A DNA stretch of 64,000 nt from the human T2T-CHM13v2.0 reference genome, Homo sapiens: NCBI RefSeq assembly GCF_009914755.1, contig NC_060929.1; one strand, 5' to 3'. A program made the position numbers and the translations under genes. Below the pieces are notes generated by a model. The model was not told the origin of the DNA. It did not search any database and saw only the letters and a list, made by a program, of their open reading frames with translations. Each line of letters opens with the position of its first letter. The first letter of the stretch is position 1. Shown here piece by piece: positions 1-18,394 of the stretch.

Positions 1-270
1 ATGGAACAAATAAGTAGTATTTTTGATTACTTAATTAAACATTATCTTCCATATCCAGGTACATATACACATACACAAAAATATAGACCAATATTAATAT
101 ATACAGATATGTACACATTGATATGTAATATATTAATTTTTATAAATCTAAGGAAGAAAGGATTTTAAGGAAAAAGACAAATGAAAAATAAATATTTATT
201 AGTTCATAGTAAACTATTATTAAATATGATAGCCTTATGCAATTTTAATTTCATATTTCCTCAATATCAA

Positions 271-1377
<1,107 letters not shown>

Positions 1378-4300
1378 AAATTTTCTAAATATCTAAAATT
1401 TTTTCCTCAGGGGAAAAAAGAAATTTTAAATACATGTTTTAAGTATAATACAAGTACAGTAGTGAAAAACTAGGAAGAATTCAGAAAATGACTATTATCT
1501 TACAATACAGTATGTTTCCAATTATTACTTAAAAGCTATGAAGTTCAAAATGGAGATCATTTTATGCTGTATTTCAAACACTGTTATAAGTATAAAAATT
1601 CCTTTCACTAATTATATTGCTGTACTTATATGCATCAACTATCTATTTTTCAGGGACATTAGGGGACTATGTGTTGAAAATTTTAATTATAGTTATGCTA
1701 CCAGAAGTGTGATTATAGTTAGCCCACTCAATAGCCTGGTGTTTTATTACAAGGCTAACAAATGTTTTAAGAAATTAATACACCTGAATTTCAAGGTCAC
1801 AGCATATGTACGATTATTATTACAACACAATTTATATGATCATGTAATATTAATACAGTAACATGAGAGCATACTTAATTTAATTTATAGGTATAATTCT
1901 AAGAATTCAATGAAATTTGAATATTAAAATAGTAATAATGTATACATATGCATACACATATCTCTAGGTAAAGCTTTTTTATTTTGTCAATTTACCTAAA
2001 CTTTTATGTATGACTTTATGGTATGTATATTTAATTCTAATTAATTTGTGTATATTTTTAAATCATTGTAAGTAAAAATTGCAAGTTGTATACATTTTAA
2101 ATCTAATGATTGCCAATAATTTCTATATATGCACTTAATCTTAACTCCAACTTCAGAAAATTGCTTGAAAAAGATATCAGTGTCACTTGGAAATCAAGGG
2201 AAGACTCAATCCTAAAAGACTGATTAACCTACTCATTAAATTTGAGAGAATATTCAGCATCTCTTCTGGTTGAAAGTGTTTATTAGTGCATAGCTGATAT
2301 TTTCAGAAAAAAACATGGATAGTTTTCTAAAATTCTGAAAGTTTTTGAAGGGTAAGACCATAAAATTATATCAAGCTGAAAGTAACCCAAATTCCTTGTT
2401 TGGGTTTTTTCAACAATTTTAGAACATTTCTTTTTCTTTCTCTCTCTCTCTCTTTTTTCTTTTTTTTAAGAGTATGCAGAGATCAGATAGGATGAATCTT
2501 CAGGAAGCCACACACCGAATGATTTAAGTTTTGTTTGTGTCATGCTAATCTCCAGAGCTGGTGAGGAACAGAGAATAAAACCAGTCCTTTGTTAAATTGA
2601 CTTGACTTGCCAGATTTGTTTTCCTACTTCTTATTTTCTTAGGGGTTGGCCATTCCTAAAGTTATGTAACAAACAATGAGAAACCAGAAAGAAAAATCTT
2701 TCCGGAAACTAATTTTTTATTGTCAACTCACATTCCCCTTTGGCAGATTTAGGCAGTGATTGTGTGTCCCACACCTGCTGCTTTTTCTTTGCTTCCTTAT
2801 ATTTTATTCCTCAGTTTGTATTTTCTGCTAGTGAATCCAGTCAACAGAATGAAAGCAACATGAATTTGCTTTATTTCAGGTTCCCAGGTTGGTCATTCAT
2901 TTTATTTCAGCAAATGAGTAGTAAGTAGGTCGAGGTAGTAAAAAGAAATACCTCATTTTAGTGAAAGAGTGTCTTAAGCAATTGCAATATAAAACTCACA
3001 TTACAAAGACAATGGAAGTTTGACCTACCAGTTTTTGGAGTGTCAGAACTGTGCAAACAGAGCATACAAGACAGAGTTTACACTAGGGTTCTTCTGTTAT
3101 GATATCACTGGCGAGAAAATATATACATAAACAAATACTTCAGTGAATATGAATTTATGCATTCTGAAAATTTGTTTAAAGGCATCAAAGTTTTAAAGTT
3201 ATTAAAATTATTTGAACCCATGTAAATTGTTAATGCCTATTGGTTAAACTTTTACCATCAGAAAAATACAAAGCCCTCTGTGAAACCCTATCTCTAACTA
3301 CTTTTCCAAGTTTATCCCACAGCAGACTTTATGAAATATTCCTTATCTTTCAAGATTTGGCTCAAGTTTAACTTCCTTCAAACTTTAATTATCAATCTTC
3401 CTCAAACTAGAATTAATTGTCAATCTTGACATCTTATCTGTGCCCTGTGTGCCCTCTTTGAACTTCCCCCTTCTTACTTTATATACTTCTTTAATTTAAA
3501 AAGAATTTGTTTTTGGTACAATATGCCCTTTAACCCATTTGCATCCCAACATGTACAGCAGATTTTAGGATTTCATACCCAGTCAACAAAGGTTTATTTA
3601 TGTGTAAAGGGGCCAAACTTTACATAAAACTGTGACAAAATCATTTAAAAACTAAATAACACTGAATATAACTGTATATAAAGTTGCAAAAAGCAGTTGT
3701 AGTTGGCAACATTATAAACATTTGGGGAGAGAGAGAGAGAGATCCTCTTGAAACCCATACACTTCTTTGAAAACACCAGCCAGTAAAGAATCCCAAGAGG
3801 ACAGAGATTATTTATCTGATTAAATAAAGGTTTATAAGATAGTTTTAATTTCCACTAATTCCCATTTCAACAGTATTGTATGTTTAATATAGACTAATTG
3901 TTTCAGCGGCATGTTTTATGGAAAATCATTCACAAAATGCAACAAACCAAGAGGAACTGGTAATCCATTATAACATTTGTAGGTTGATTAATGCCTTCTT
4001 TGTAATCCTAATTTAGAGTTCAGTGAGGCAGGTGTAGATTGTCATGAAATGAAAATCAGTACATATTTACTATATTGCCACAGGGATATTTGAATGATCA
4101 ACATGTGGTCATGAAATAGTGATGTATGCTTTAAACTTAGGAATCACTGAGTATGTTAGCAAGGGTCTGCATTTACTGAAGGAATGGGAAGCCACCTAAT
4201 AGAGAATACTACTCACATCTTACCATTGAGAAAAAGTCAGTTAACCTACAGAATCATAGTTTTCTGGAACCTATCAGAGAACTGATGTGTAAGACAAGTG

Positions 4301-4955
4301 AAATAAATTTCACAGAGTGATAAGCCCCTTCAAAGACAGGGTACACAAACTATATCACTTTGGCAGAGGATATACCAGCCAAGGCCTAAATTTGTTGAAA
4401 GAAATCAATAACTAACCCTGCCTCACCATAAGCATTCCATCACAAAACACACCATAGCCTATCTGTGGTGCATGTCTTTTAAGCCTGCTGAAAGATGAGA
4501 GTGGAAAAGGAATAGCGAGAAAAACCCTCCACATCTCCAGGGCTCCACTATGCACAATGTATGTCAGGATTTAAAGAGAGCAGTAATCTCAAATTAAATA
4601 TAGTCCTATAGTCCTTCACCAAAAAGTTTAACTACTGACTAGATTACCTCTGCATTTAACACAAATGTCTTGACAAAGGAAGAGATGTATGTGCACATGA
4701 GTAGGTGAAAGCTATATTTTTCTCAGCCTCTACTGTTCTTTTGTATATAATTCCTGGCATATAATAAAAAATTTAAAAATTAAAAAAGCAAAACCGATGC
4801 AAAACTTATCAAAATTTACTCATCAGCAATATATGAAGACATCAAAAGCTCCAGAACCATGGAAGACAAAGATTTTGGATGAAATAGAAAAACAAATAAA
4901 AATATCTCTTATTATCAACTAAAAATATCTTGTTAGAAAGGTAGAAATAAAATGA

Positions 4956-7360
<2,405 letters not shown>

Positions 7361-8906
7361 ATAAAATGTAACACAAAAAATAAAATTTTTAAAAATCAGC
7401 TATTTCACAGATGATGAATCCCTACCATTGGCTATCAGTAAATTGGACACCTCAGATAAAATAATTAGCAAACTTGTAAACAGGACAACAGAAAATATAG
7501 GAATTGAAACAAACAAACAAACAAAAAGATTGGAGGAAAAAAACATCAAACAAAAATTAGGACAGAGCATCTGAGAACTGAACGGCAATATAAATGACCT
7601 AGCATACATATATATGAACTCCCAGAAAATGATAAGAAGAATGAGTCAAAGAAAACAGTTGAATAGATTATTATTGACAATTTTTAAAACATACAGACAT
7701 CAAACAAAAACAATTCCAAAAATCTGGGAGAACAACAAATAGCATGAATACAAAGGAAAAAATGGATCAAGATGGATCATGGTCAAGCATCTGAAAACCA
7801 AGCTTATAGAGAAATTAGTTTTGGCAACCTGGGGTTGGAGGTGAGGAAAAAGAGGAATTACATAAGGAGAAAGGAAGAATAAAATAACAGTTGACTTCTA
7901 TAAAAAATTATCCAATTCAGCAGATGATGGAAGGACATTTTTCAGGACCTAAAAGAAAAACGATCCATTCACAGACACAGATAAATGTAAAACATATTTT
8001 TTTTTTCTAAGAAGAACTGAGAAAGCCATTTCCGGGAGCACTGCAATACAAAATTAAAAAGTAGAATTAACTTTTTAACTAGAAAATATTTTAGTAACAG
8101 AAGGAAATTTGTATCTAAATTAAAAAAATTTAACATCAGAATTGGTAAAAATGAAGATAATAAAGTTATCTCTTTATTGTAAAATTGTTCAAGGTAAATT
8201 ACTATCTAAAGCAAAACTAGTAACAATATATTATTGGTCTTCTAAGTATGTATAAATTTTGTGATAATCACAGACCTTAAGAATTGGAGAAAGACTGAAA
8301 GTATATTGTTGTATGATTTAGACACGATTTTGACGTGGTATAATAATAATTGGAGGTCTATAGAATTAAACATGTTGTATGATCCATGGCAACCACCAAA
8401 CATTTAAATTTAAAATGTATAATAGGACAAGAATGAAGATAAAAAATCAAAATAATAGAGTGAGGAAGCATAAAAGAGGGAAAATTATTGCAAAAAGAAA
8501 CAACTGTATTATGTCTGTGAGAAATTCCTTTGAATGAAATATATAGATAGGTTAGATGTATAAATAAGAAAAATACAGTATGTAAATGCCAAAATTAACA
8601 AGACTACTGTGGATATATTGATTTCAGAAAAGCTATATACCAGAATGAGTAATATTCCTGGGCTAAACTGAGATCTTACATAATAATAAATTATCCCTTT
8701 CATGAAGTATATCTAACATTCAAAAATATGTATGTACCTAATATGAAAGCATTGAAATATTTAAAGTAAAAATGAGTAAAAAATAGAGTATATACATTTA
8801 AAAGTATAAGTGGAAACTTCAGTATTTCTATCTAATTTGTTTAAAAATTAAACAAAAAACAATATATAGTACAAATTCCAAAAATGACTTGGCCAAACTT
8901 ACATCT

Positions 8907-9603
<697 letters not shown>

Positions 9604-9666
9604 AAACTTCGCACCAAAATAAACTATACTTTGAGCCACAAAACAAATCTCAGAAATATTTCACAG

Positions 9667-9720
9667 GATTGAAATTATATCTCCAGGTGGATACTGAAAA
9701 AAAAAAGATTGAAATTATAT
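9667..9720 (+). other. Ultra-short retroposed insertion: 14-bp TSD + 16 nt + A10
   Basis: gattgaaattatat (9667-9680), ctccaggtggatactg, A10 (9697-9706), gattgaaattatat (9707-9720). Confidence 0.8.
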
Positions 9721-10023
9721 AGTGTTCTTTAAGAATATTCAAAATTAAACTTGAAATCCAAAACAACATACTCAAAAGCTAAACTACGTATTTTAAAATG
9801 GCCATGGGAATTTAGAAAATCTTTATAATTTTATGAAACTGAAAACACACACAATATTGTAGGATGCTGCTGAAGCAGTTCATAGTGTAAAATTAATAAT
9901 ATAAAATTCGCATAAAAAGGAAATCTAAACTAAATGTCCTACACTTCAACCTTCTGAAAGTAGAAAATAAATAGCAAATTAATCTCAAAGGAAGTGATGA
10001 GAAGGCAATAATTTTAAAAATAG

Positions 10024-10364
<341 letters not shown>

Positions 10365-11753
10365 TCAAATACAGCTCAAAAGAAGGTTTATTAAAAAGAT
10401 TATAGCATTAATAAAACCCTAACAAGATTAAAATAATGAATAAATGTCACACAATTGTTTTCTTTTTCATTTTAGATTTAGGGTACATGTGTGGGCTTGC
10501 TATATTAATATATTACATAACGCTGAGGTATGGGATTCAGTTGAATCCATCAACCAAATGGTGAACCTAGTACATAATAGGTAGTTTTCAACTCTTATCC
10601 CTCTCTTTCCTTCCCCAACCCTTTGACTTCTCTAGTGTCTATTGCTCCCATATATATATCCAAGTGTACAAAATGTTTAGTTCCCGCTTATGAGTGAGAA
10701 CCTGTGGTATTTGTTTTTCTGTTTCTGTATTAATTCATTTCGGATAATGGCCTTCAGCTGCATTCATGTTGCTGCAAGATACATGATTTCATTTTTTATG
10801 ACTACATAGTATTCCATGTGTATATAAACTCCGTTTCATTATACACTATACCATCGATAGGTACCTAGATTGATTCTATGTCTTTGCTATTGTGAATCAT
10901 GGTGAGATAAACATGTGAGCGCAGATGTTCTTTTAGTAGAACAATTTATTTTACTTTGGGTATATACCCAGTAATAAGATTATTGGGTCAAGTGTTAAGT
11001 ATGTTTTTACTTCTTTGAGAAATCTCCAAACTGTTTTCCACAAGGGCTGAACTGATTTCCATTCCCACCAACATGGTATGAGCTCTCTCTTTTATCTATT
11101 ATAATTATTATTTTTTTACTTTTAATAGCCATTCTGACTAGTGTGAGATGATATCTCATTGTGGTTTTAAGTTGCATCTTTTCATGTTTGTTGACTGCTT
11201 GTGTGTGCTCTTTTGAGCAGTTTCTGTGTTCTTTGCTTATTTTTTTTGTTTTTGTTTTTCTTCTTGATACGTTTATGTTCCTTATAGATACTAGATATTA
11301 GTCCTTTGTCAGGTGTATACCTTGCAAATATTTTGTCCCATTACATAGGTTGTCTGTTTACTGTGTTGATAGTTTATTTTGCTGTGAAGAAGCTCTTTAG
11401 TATTGACAAGATCTCACTTGTCAATTTTTGCTCTTGTTGCGATTGCTTTTGAAATCTTCATTATGAATTCTTTTCAGGTTCCTATGTCCAGAATGGTATT
11501 ACTTATATTGTCTTTCAGGATTTTTATAGTTTCAGGTTTTACCTTTAAGTCTTTAGTTCATCTTGAGTTGATTTTTGTATATAGTGAAAGGTAGGGGTAC
11601 ACCTTCATTCTTCTGATTATGCCTAGTTAGATATCTCAGCACTATTTATTGAATAGAGTGTCCTTTCTCCAGTTGTTTTTTTGTTGTTGTTGTTGGCTTT
11701 ATCAAAGACTAGATTTTTGTAGGTGTGTGGATTTATTTCTTGGTTGGCTATTC

Positions 11754-11828
11754 ATCGCTAACCTCAACGATGAACAAGATATCCGAAAAATAGGAGGATT
11801 ATTCAAGACTTTACCCTTCACTTCCTCC
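11754..11828 (+). pseudogene. MT-ND5: NUMT: 75-bp fragment of mitochondrial ND5 inserted in an L1
   Basis: Reads [25 protein letters not shown] in the vertebrate mitochondrial code, matching the conserved ND5 motif (human [25 protein letters not shown]). Flanked by attc on both sides; L1 sequence resumes in register. Confidence 0.92.
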
Positions 11829-14529
11829 ATTCTATTTCATTGTTCTACTTTTGCACTAACACCTGCTGTTTTGGCTTATGTAGCCTTGTAGCATAGCTTG
11901 AAGTCAAGTATTGTGATGCCATTTATTCTTTTTTACTTAGGATTACTTTAGCTATTCAGGCTTTTATGGTCCCCTATAAATTTTAGAATAGTCTTTTCTA
12001 ATTATACATTGGTATTTTGATAAGAATTTTAATGAATCTGTAGATTGCATTAGGGCAGTATGGACATTTTTAACAATACTGATTCTTCCAGTCAATGAGT
12101 ATGGTATATGGTATTTTTTTTCCCAATTTTTATGTGTCATCTATGATTTCTTTTAGCAATGTTTTGTGGTTCTCCTCATAGAGATCTTTACCTCCTTTGT
12201 TAGATATATTCATAGGTATTTTTTGTGGTTATTGTAAATTAGATTATATTTTTGATTTAGTTCTCACCTTGAACATTATTGTTGTACAGAAATGCCAGTT
12301 TTTTGTACATTAATTTACTATTCTGAGACTTTGCCAAAGTCATTTATCAGGTTTAGGTGTCTTTGGGTGGAATCTTTAGGGTTTTCTAGATATATAATTT
12401 TATCTTCAGTGAGAAAAGATAATTTGACTTTCTCTTTTCAAATCTGGATGCCCTTTGTTTCTTTCTCTTGCCTAATTGTACTGGCTAGGACTTCCAGTAC
12501 TATGTTGAATAGGAGTGGTAAGAATGGACATCTTCATCTTGTTCCAGTTCTTAGGGAGAATGCTTCCAACTATTGCCCATTCAATATGATACTGGCCATG
12601 GGTTTGTCAATTACTTATGTGAGTAGTAGATGACTCTTATTTTGAGGTATATTTCTTTGATGGCTTGTTTGTTGAAGTTTTCTTTAATCATGAAGGAATG
12701 TTGGGTTTTATCAAATGCTTTTTCTGGCCCAATGAGATGATTACACAGTTTTGTTTTAGTTCTATTAATGTGATGAATTTATTTTACTTTTATATTTATT
12801 GATTTCTGTATGTTGAATCATACTTGCATCTCAGAAATAAAGTCTACTTTATTGTGGTCAATTAACTTTTTGATTCAATTTACTAGAACTTTGTGAGGAT
12901 TTCTGTTTCTATGCTCATCAGAGATATTGGCCTGTAGTTTTCTTTTTTTGTGTCTTTCCCAGATTTGGGTATTAGGATAATACTGCTTTTGTAGAATGGG
13001 TTAGAAAGAAATCTTTCATCCTCAGTTTTTTTTTTGGAATAGTTTCAGTGTGTTTGGTACTAGCACGTCTTTGTACATCTGGTAGTACTTGGCTGTGAAT
13101 CCATCTGGTCTAGTGCTCCTTTTGCTTGGGAGATACTTACCAGTGATTTAATTTTGTAAGTCATTATTGGTCTGTTCAAAGTTTCTATTACTTCCTACTT
13201 TAATACTGGGAGGGTGTATGTTTCTTATAATTTATCTATTTCTTCTAGGTTTTCTACTTTGTGCACATATTAGTGTCTGAGTATCATTTGTATTTCTGTG
13301 AGGTCATTTCTAATGCCACCTTTGTCATTTCTGATTGTACTTATTTGGATTTTCTCTTTTTTTGTTGTTAATCTAGCTGATGGTCTATTAATCTTGTTTA
13401 TCCTTTCAAAAAACCATGTTGTCATTTAAGATATCCTATGAATGGTTTTCTCGTTCTCAATTTTATCTAGTTCTGCTCTGAAATTAATTATTTATTTTCT
13501 TCTTCTAGATTTGGGTTTAATTTGTTCTTGTTTTTATAATTCTATTAGATGCAACATTTGGTTGGTAACTTGATATATTTCTATCTTCCTTATGCAGCTT
13601 AGCACTCTAAACTTTCCTCTTAACACTGCTTTTGCACATCCCAGAAGTTTTGATATATAGTGTCATTATTTTCATTTGTTTCAAAAATTTTTGAATTTAT
13701 GCCATCATATTTTATTGCTGTTGTTGTTTAGCAAAAGTTATTTTGTGGCAAGTTGTTTAGTTTCCATGTATTTGCGTATTTTTTAGAGTTCTTGATATTG
13801 ATTTCTATTTTTATTTCACTGTGGTCTGAGAAGATGCTTGATATTATTTCAATTTTTAAAAAATTTACTGAGGTTTGCTTTATGACCAAACATGGTCATT
13901 CTTAGAGTTTGTTCCATGTGTAGATGAGAAGTATATATATTCTGTGGTTGTTGGGTGAAATATTGTACAGATGTTTATTAGGTCCAATTGGTAATGTGTC
14001 AAATTTAAGTCTAAAATTTCTTTGTTAATTTTCTATCTAGATGATATATCTCATGCTCTCTGGTGTTGAAGTCTCCCACTTTTATTGTTTGGCTGTCTAC
14101 GTATTTTTTTCTCTTTTTAGGCCTAGTAGTAATTGGCGTATAAATCTAGTGCTCCAGTGTTGGCTAGGTTTATATTTAAGACAGGTTTTCTTGTTGAATT
14201 GAATCCTTTCTCATTATACAATGCTTTTGTTGTTGGTTTAAAGTCTGTTTTACCTAATACAAGAATAGTGAGTCCTGTTTTGTTTTGTTCTGTCTTCATT
14301 TACATTTCTTTCTATTTTTTTTTTTTTTTGTACTTTAAATTCTAGGGTACATGTGCACAACGTGCAGGTTTATTACATAGGTATACATGTGCCATGTTGG
14401 TTTGCTGCACCCGTCAACTCTTCATTTACATTAGGTATTTCTCCTAATGCTATCTTACCCGAGCCCCCCACCTCCCAACAGGCCCTGGTGTGTGATATTC
14501 CCCGCCCTGTGTCCAAGTGTTCTCATTCT

Positions 14530-17500
14530 TCAATTCCCACTTATGAGTGAGAACATGTGGTGTTTGGTTTTCTGTCCTTGTGATAGTTTGCTGAGAATGA
14601 TGGTTTCCAGCTTCTTCCATGTCCCTGCAAAGGATATGAAATCATCCTTTTTATGGCTGCATAGTATTCCATGGTATATATGTGCCACATTTTCTTAATC
14701 CATTTTATAATTGATGGACATTTGGGGTGGTGCCAAGTCTTTGCTATTGTGAATAGTGCCACAATAAACATACGTGTGCATGTGTCTTTATAGTAGCATG
14801 ATTTATAATCCTTTGGGCATATACCCAGCAATGGAATTGCTGGGTCAAATGGTATTTCTAGTTCTAGATCCTTGAGGAATCATCACACTGTCTTCCACAA
14901 TGGTTGAAGTAATTTACACTCTCACCAATAGTGTAAAAGTGTTCCTATTTCTCCACATCCTCTCCAGCATCTGTTGTTTTCTGACTTTTTAATGATTGCC
15001 ATTCTAACTGGTGTGAGATGGTATCTCATTGTGGTTTTGATTTGCACTTCTCTGATGACCAGTGATGATGAGTATTTTTTCATGTGTCTGTTGGCTGCAT
15101 AAATGTCTTCTTTTGAGAAGTGTCTGTTCATATGGTTTGCCCACTTTTAGATGGGGTTGTTTTTTTCTTGTAAATTTGTTTGAGTTCTTTGTAGATTCTG
15201 GATGTTAGCCCTTTGTCAAATGAGTAGATTGCAAAAATTTCCTCCCATTCTGTAGGTTGCCTGTTCACTCTGATGGCAGTTTCTTTTGCTGTGCAGAAGC
15301 TCTTTAGTTTAATTAGACCCCATTTGTCTATTTTGGCTTTTGTTGCCTTGCTTTTGGTGTTTTAGTCATGAAAGCCTTGCCCATGCCTATGTCCTGAATT
15401 GTATTGCCTAGGTTTTCTTCTAGGGTTTTTATGGTTTTAGGTTTTATGTTTAAGTCTTTAATCCAACTTGAATTATTTTTTGTATAAGTTGTAAAAAAGG
15501 GATCCAGTTTCACTTATCTACGTACAGCTAGCCAGTTTTCCCAGTACCATTTATTAAATAGGGAATCCTTTCCCTATTTCTTGTTTTTGTCAGGTTTGTC
15601 AAAGATCAGATGGTTGTAGATGTGTGGTGTTATTTCTGAGGCCTCTGTTCTGTTCCATTGGTGTATATCTCTGTTTCGGTACCAGTACCATGCTGTTTTG
15701 GTTACTGTAGCCATGCAGTATAGTTTGAAGTCAGGTAGCACGATGCCTCCAGCTTTGTTCTTTTTGCTTAGGATTATCTTGGCTATGTGGGATGTTTTTT
15801 GGTTCCATATGAACTTTAAAATACTTTTTTTCCAATTCTGTGAAGGAAGTCATTGGTAGCTTGATGGGGATGGCACTGAATCTATAAATTACCTTGGGCA
15901 GTATGGCCATTTTCATGATATTGATTCTTCCTATCCATGGGTATGGAATATTCTTCCATTTGTTGGTCTCCTCTTTTATTTTGTTGAGCAGTGGTTTGCA
16001 GTTCTCCTTGACGAGGTCCTTCACATCCCTTGTAAGTTGGATTTCTAGGTATTTTATTCTCTTTGTAGCAACTGTGAATGGGAGTTCACTCATGATTTGG
16101 CTCTCTATTTGTCTGTTATTGGCATATAGTAATGCCTGTGATTTTTGCAAATTGATTTTGTATCCTGAGACTTTGCTGAAGCTGCTTATCAGCTTAAGGA
16201 GATTTTGGGCTGAGATGACAGGGTTTTCTAAGTATACAATCATGTCATCTGCAAACAGGGACAATTTTACTTCCTCTTTTCCTAATTGAATATCTTTATT
16301 TCTTTCTCTTGCCTGACTGCCCTGGCCAGAACTTCCAAACACTATGTTGAATAGGAGTGGTGAGAGAGGACATCCTTGTGCCAGTTGTCAAAGAGAATGC
16401 TTCCAGTTTTTGCCCATTCAGTATGATATTGGCTGTGGGTTTGTCATAATTAGCTCTTATTATTTTGAGGTACGTTCCATCAACACCTAGTTTATTGAGA
16501 GTTTTTAGCGTGAAGCGCTGTTGAATTTTGTCCAAAGCCTTTTCTGCATGTTTTGAGATAATCATCTGGTTTTTGTCGGTGGTTCTGTTTATGTGATGGA
16601 TTACGTTTACTGATTTGTGTATGTTGAACCAGCCTTGCATCTCAGGGATGAAGCCAACTTGATCGTGGTGGATAAGCTTTTTGATGTGCTGCTGGATTTG
16701 GTTTGCCCATATTTTATTGAGGATTTTCACATAGATGTTCATCAGGGATATTGGTCTATAATTCTCTTTTTTTGTTGTGTCTCTGCCAGGCTTTGGTATC
16801 AGGATGATTCTGGCCTCATAAAATGAGTTAGGGAGGATTCCCTCTTTTTCTATTGATTGGAATAGTTTCAGAAGGAATGGTATGAGCTCCTCTTTGAACC
16901 TCTGGTAGAATTCGGCCATTAATCCATCTGGTCTTGGACATTTTTTGGTTGGCAGGCTATTCATTATTGCCTCAATTTCAGAGCCCATTATTGGTCTATT
17001 CAGAGATTCAACTTCTTCCTGGTTTAGTCTTGGGAGGGTGTATGTGTCCATTTCTTCTAGATTTTCTAGTTTATTTGTGTAGAGGTGTTTATAGTATTTT
17101 CTGATGGCAGTTTATCTGTGGGATTGGTGGTGATATCCCCTTTATCATTTTTAATGTGTCTATTTGATTCTTCTCTCTTTTCTTCTTTATTAGTCTTGTT
17201 AGCAGTCTATCAATTTGGTTGATCTTTTCAAAACACCAGCTCCTAGATTCATTGATTTTTTGAAGGGTTTTTTGTGTCTCTATCTCCTTCAGTTCTGCTC
17301 TGATCTTAGTTATTTCTTACCTTCTGCTAGCTTTTGAATTTGTTTGCTCTTGCTTCTCTAGTTCTTTTAATTGTTAGGGTGTCAATTTTAAAAGTTTCCT
17401 CCTTTGTCTTGTGGGTATTCAGTGCTATAAATTTCCCTCTACACACTGCTTTAAATGTGTCCCAGAGATTCTGGTATGTTTTGTCTTTGTTCTCATTGGT

Positions 17501-18331
17501 TTCAAAGAACATCTTTATTTCTGCCTTCATTTTGTTATTTACCCACTAGGCATTCAGGAGCAGGTTGATCAGTTTCCATGTAATTGTGCTGATTTGAGTG
17601 AGTTTCTTAATCCTGAGTTCTAATTTGAAGTCACTGTGGTCTGAGAGACAGTTTGTTGTGATTTCTGTTCTTTTACATTTGCTGAGAAGTGTTTTACTAC
17701 TAATTATGTGGTCAATTTTAGAATAAGTGTGATGTGGTGCTGAGAAGAATGTATATTCTGTTAACTTGGGTGGAGAGTTCTGTAGATGTCTCTTAGGTCC
17801 ACTTGGTGCAGAGCTGAATTTAAGTCTTGGATATCTTTGTTAACCTTCTGTCTGTTGATCTGTCAATAACGACAGTGGGGTGTTAAAGTCTACCATTATT
17901 ATTGTGTGGGAGTCAAAGTCTCTTTGTAGGTCTCTAATGATGTACTTTATGAATATTGGTGCTCCTGTATTGGGTGCATATGTATTTAGGATAGTTAGCT
18001 CTTCTTGTTGAATTAATTCCTTCACCATTATGTAATGGCCTTCTTTGCCTCTTTTGATCTTTGTTCATTTAAAGTCTGTTTTATTAGAGAGTAGGATTGC
18101 AATCCCTGCTTTTTTTTTTTTTTTTTGCTTTCCATTTGCTTGGGAAATCTTCCTCCATCCTTTTATTTTAGACCTATATGTGTCTCTGCACATGAGATGG
18201 GTCTCCTGAATACAGCACACTGATGGGTCTTATACTCTTTATCCAATTTGCCAGTCTGTGTCTTTTAATTGGGGCATTTAGCCCATTTACATTTAAGGTT
18301 AATATAGTTATTGTTAATTTTATCCCTTCAT
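14530..18331 (-). pseudogene. L1 ORF2p (endonuclease/RT), inactivated by many stops and frameshifts
   Basis: Fragment ORFs 17840-18028 (EN: ILNTYAPNTGAP), 16296-17051, 15731-16342 (LFADDMIVY), 14922-15131 and 14541-14831. Confidence 0.92.
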
Positions 18332-18394
18332 TATGATGTTAGCTGGTTAATTTGCCCATTAATTGATGCAGTTTCTTCATAGCATTGATGGTCT

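Noticed and set aside
1538-1861. 107-aa ORF and similar short ORFs in AT-rich unique DNA
   Set aside because: The composition (I/F/Y/N/K-rich) is what random AT-rich sequence gives, and I recognise no homology.
11649-11891. 80-aa ORF as an expressed ND5-like peptide
   Set aside because: Only 25 codons are ND5-derived. The rest is antisense L1 with a non-ATG start, and nothing indicates expression.
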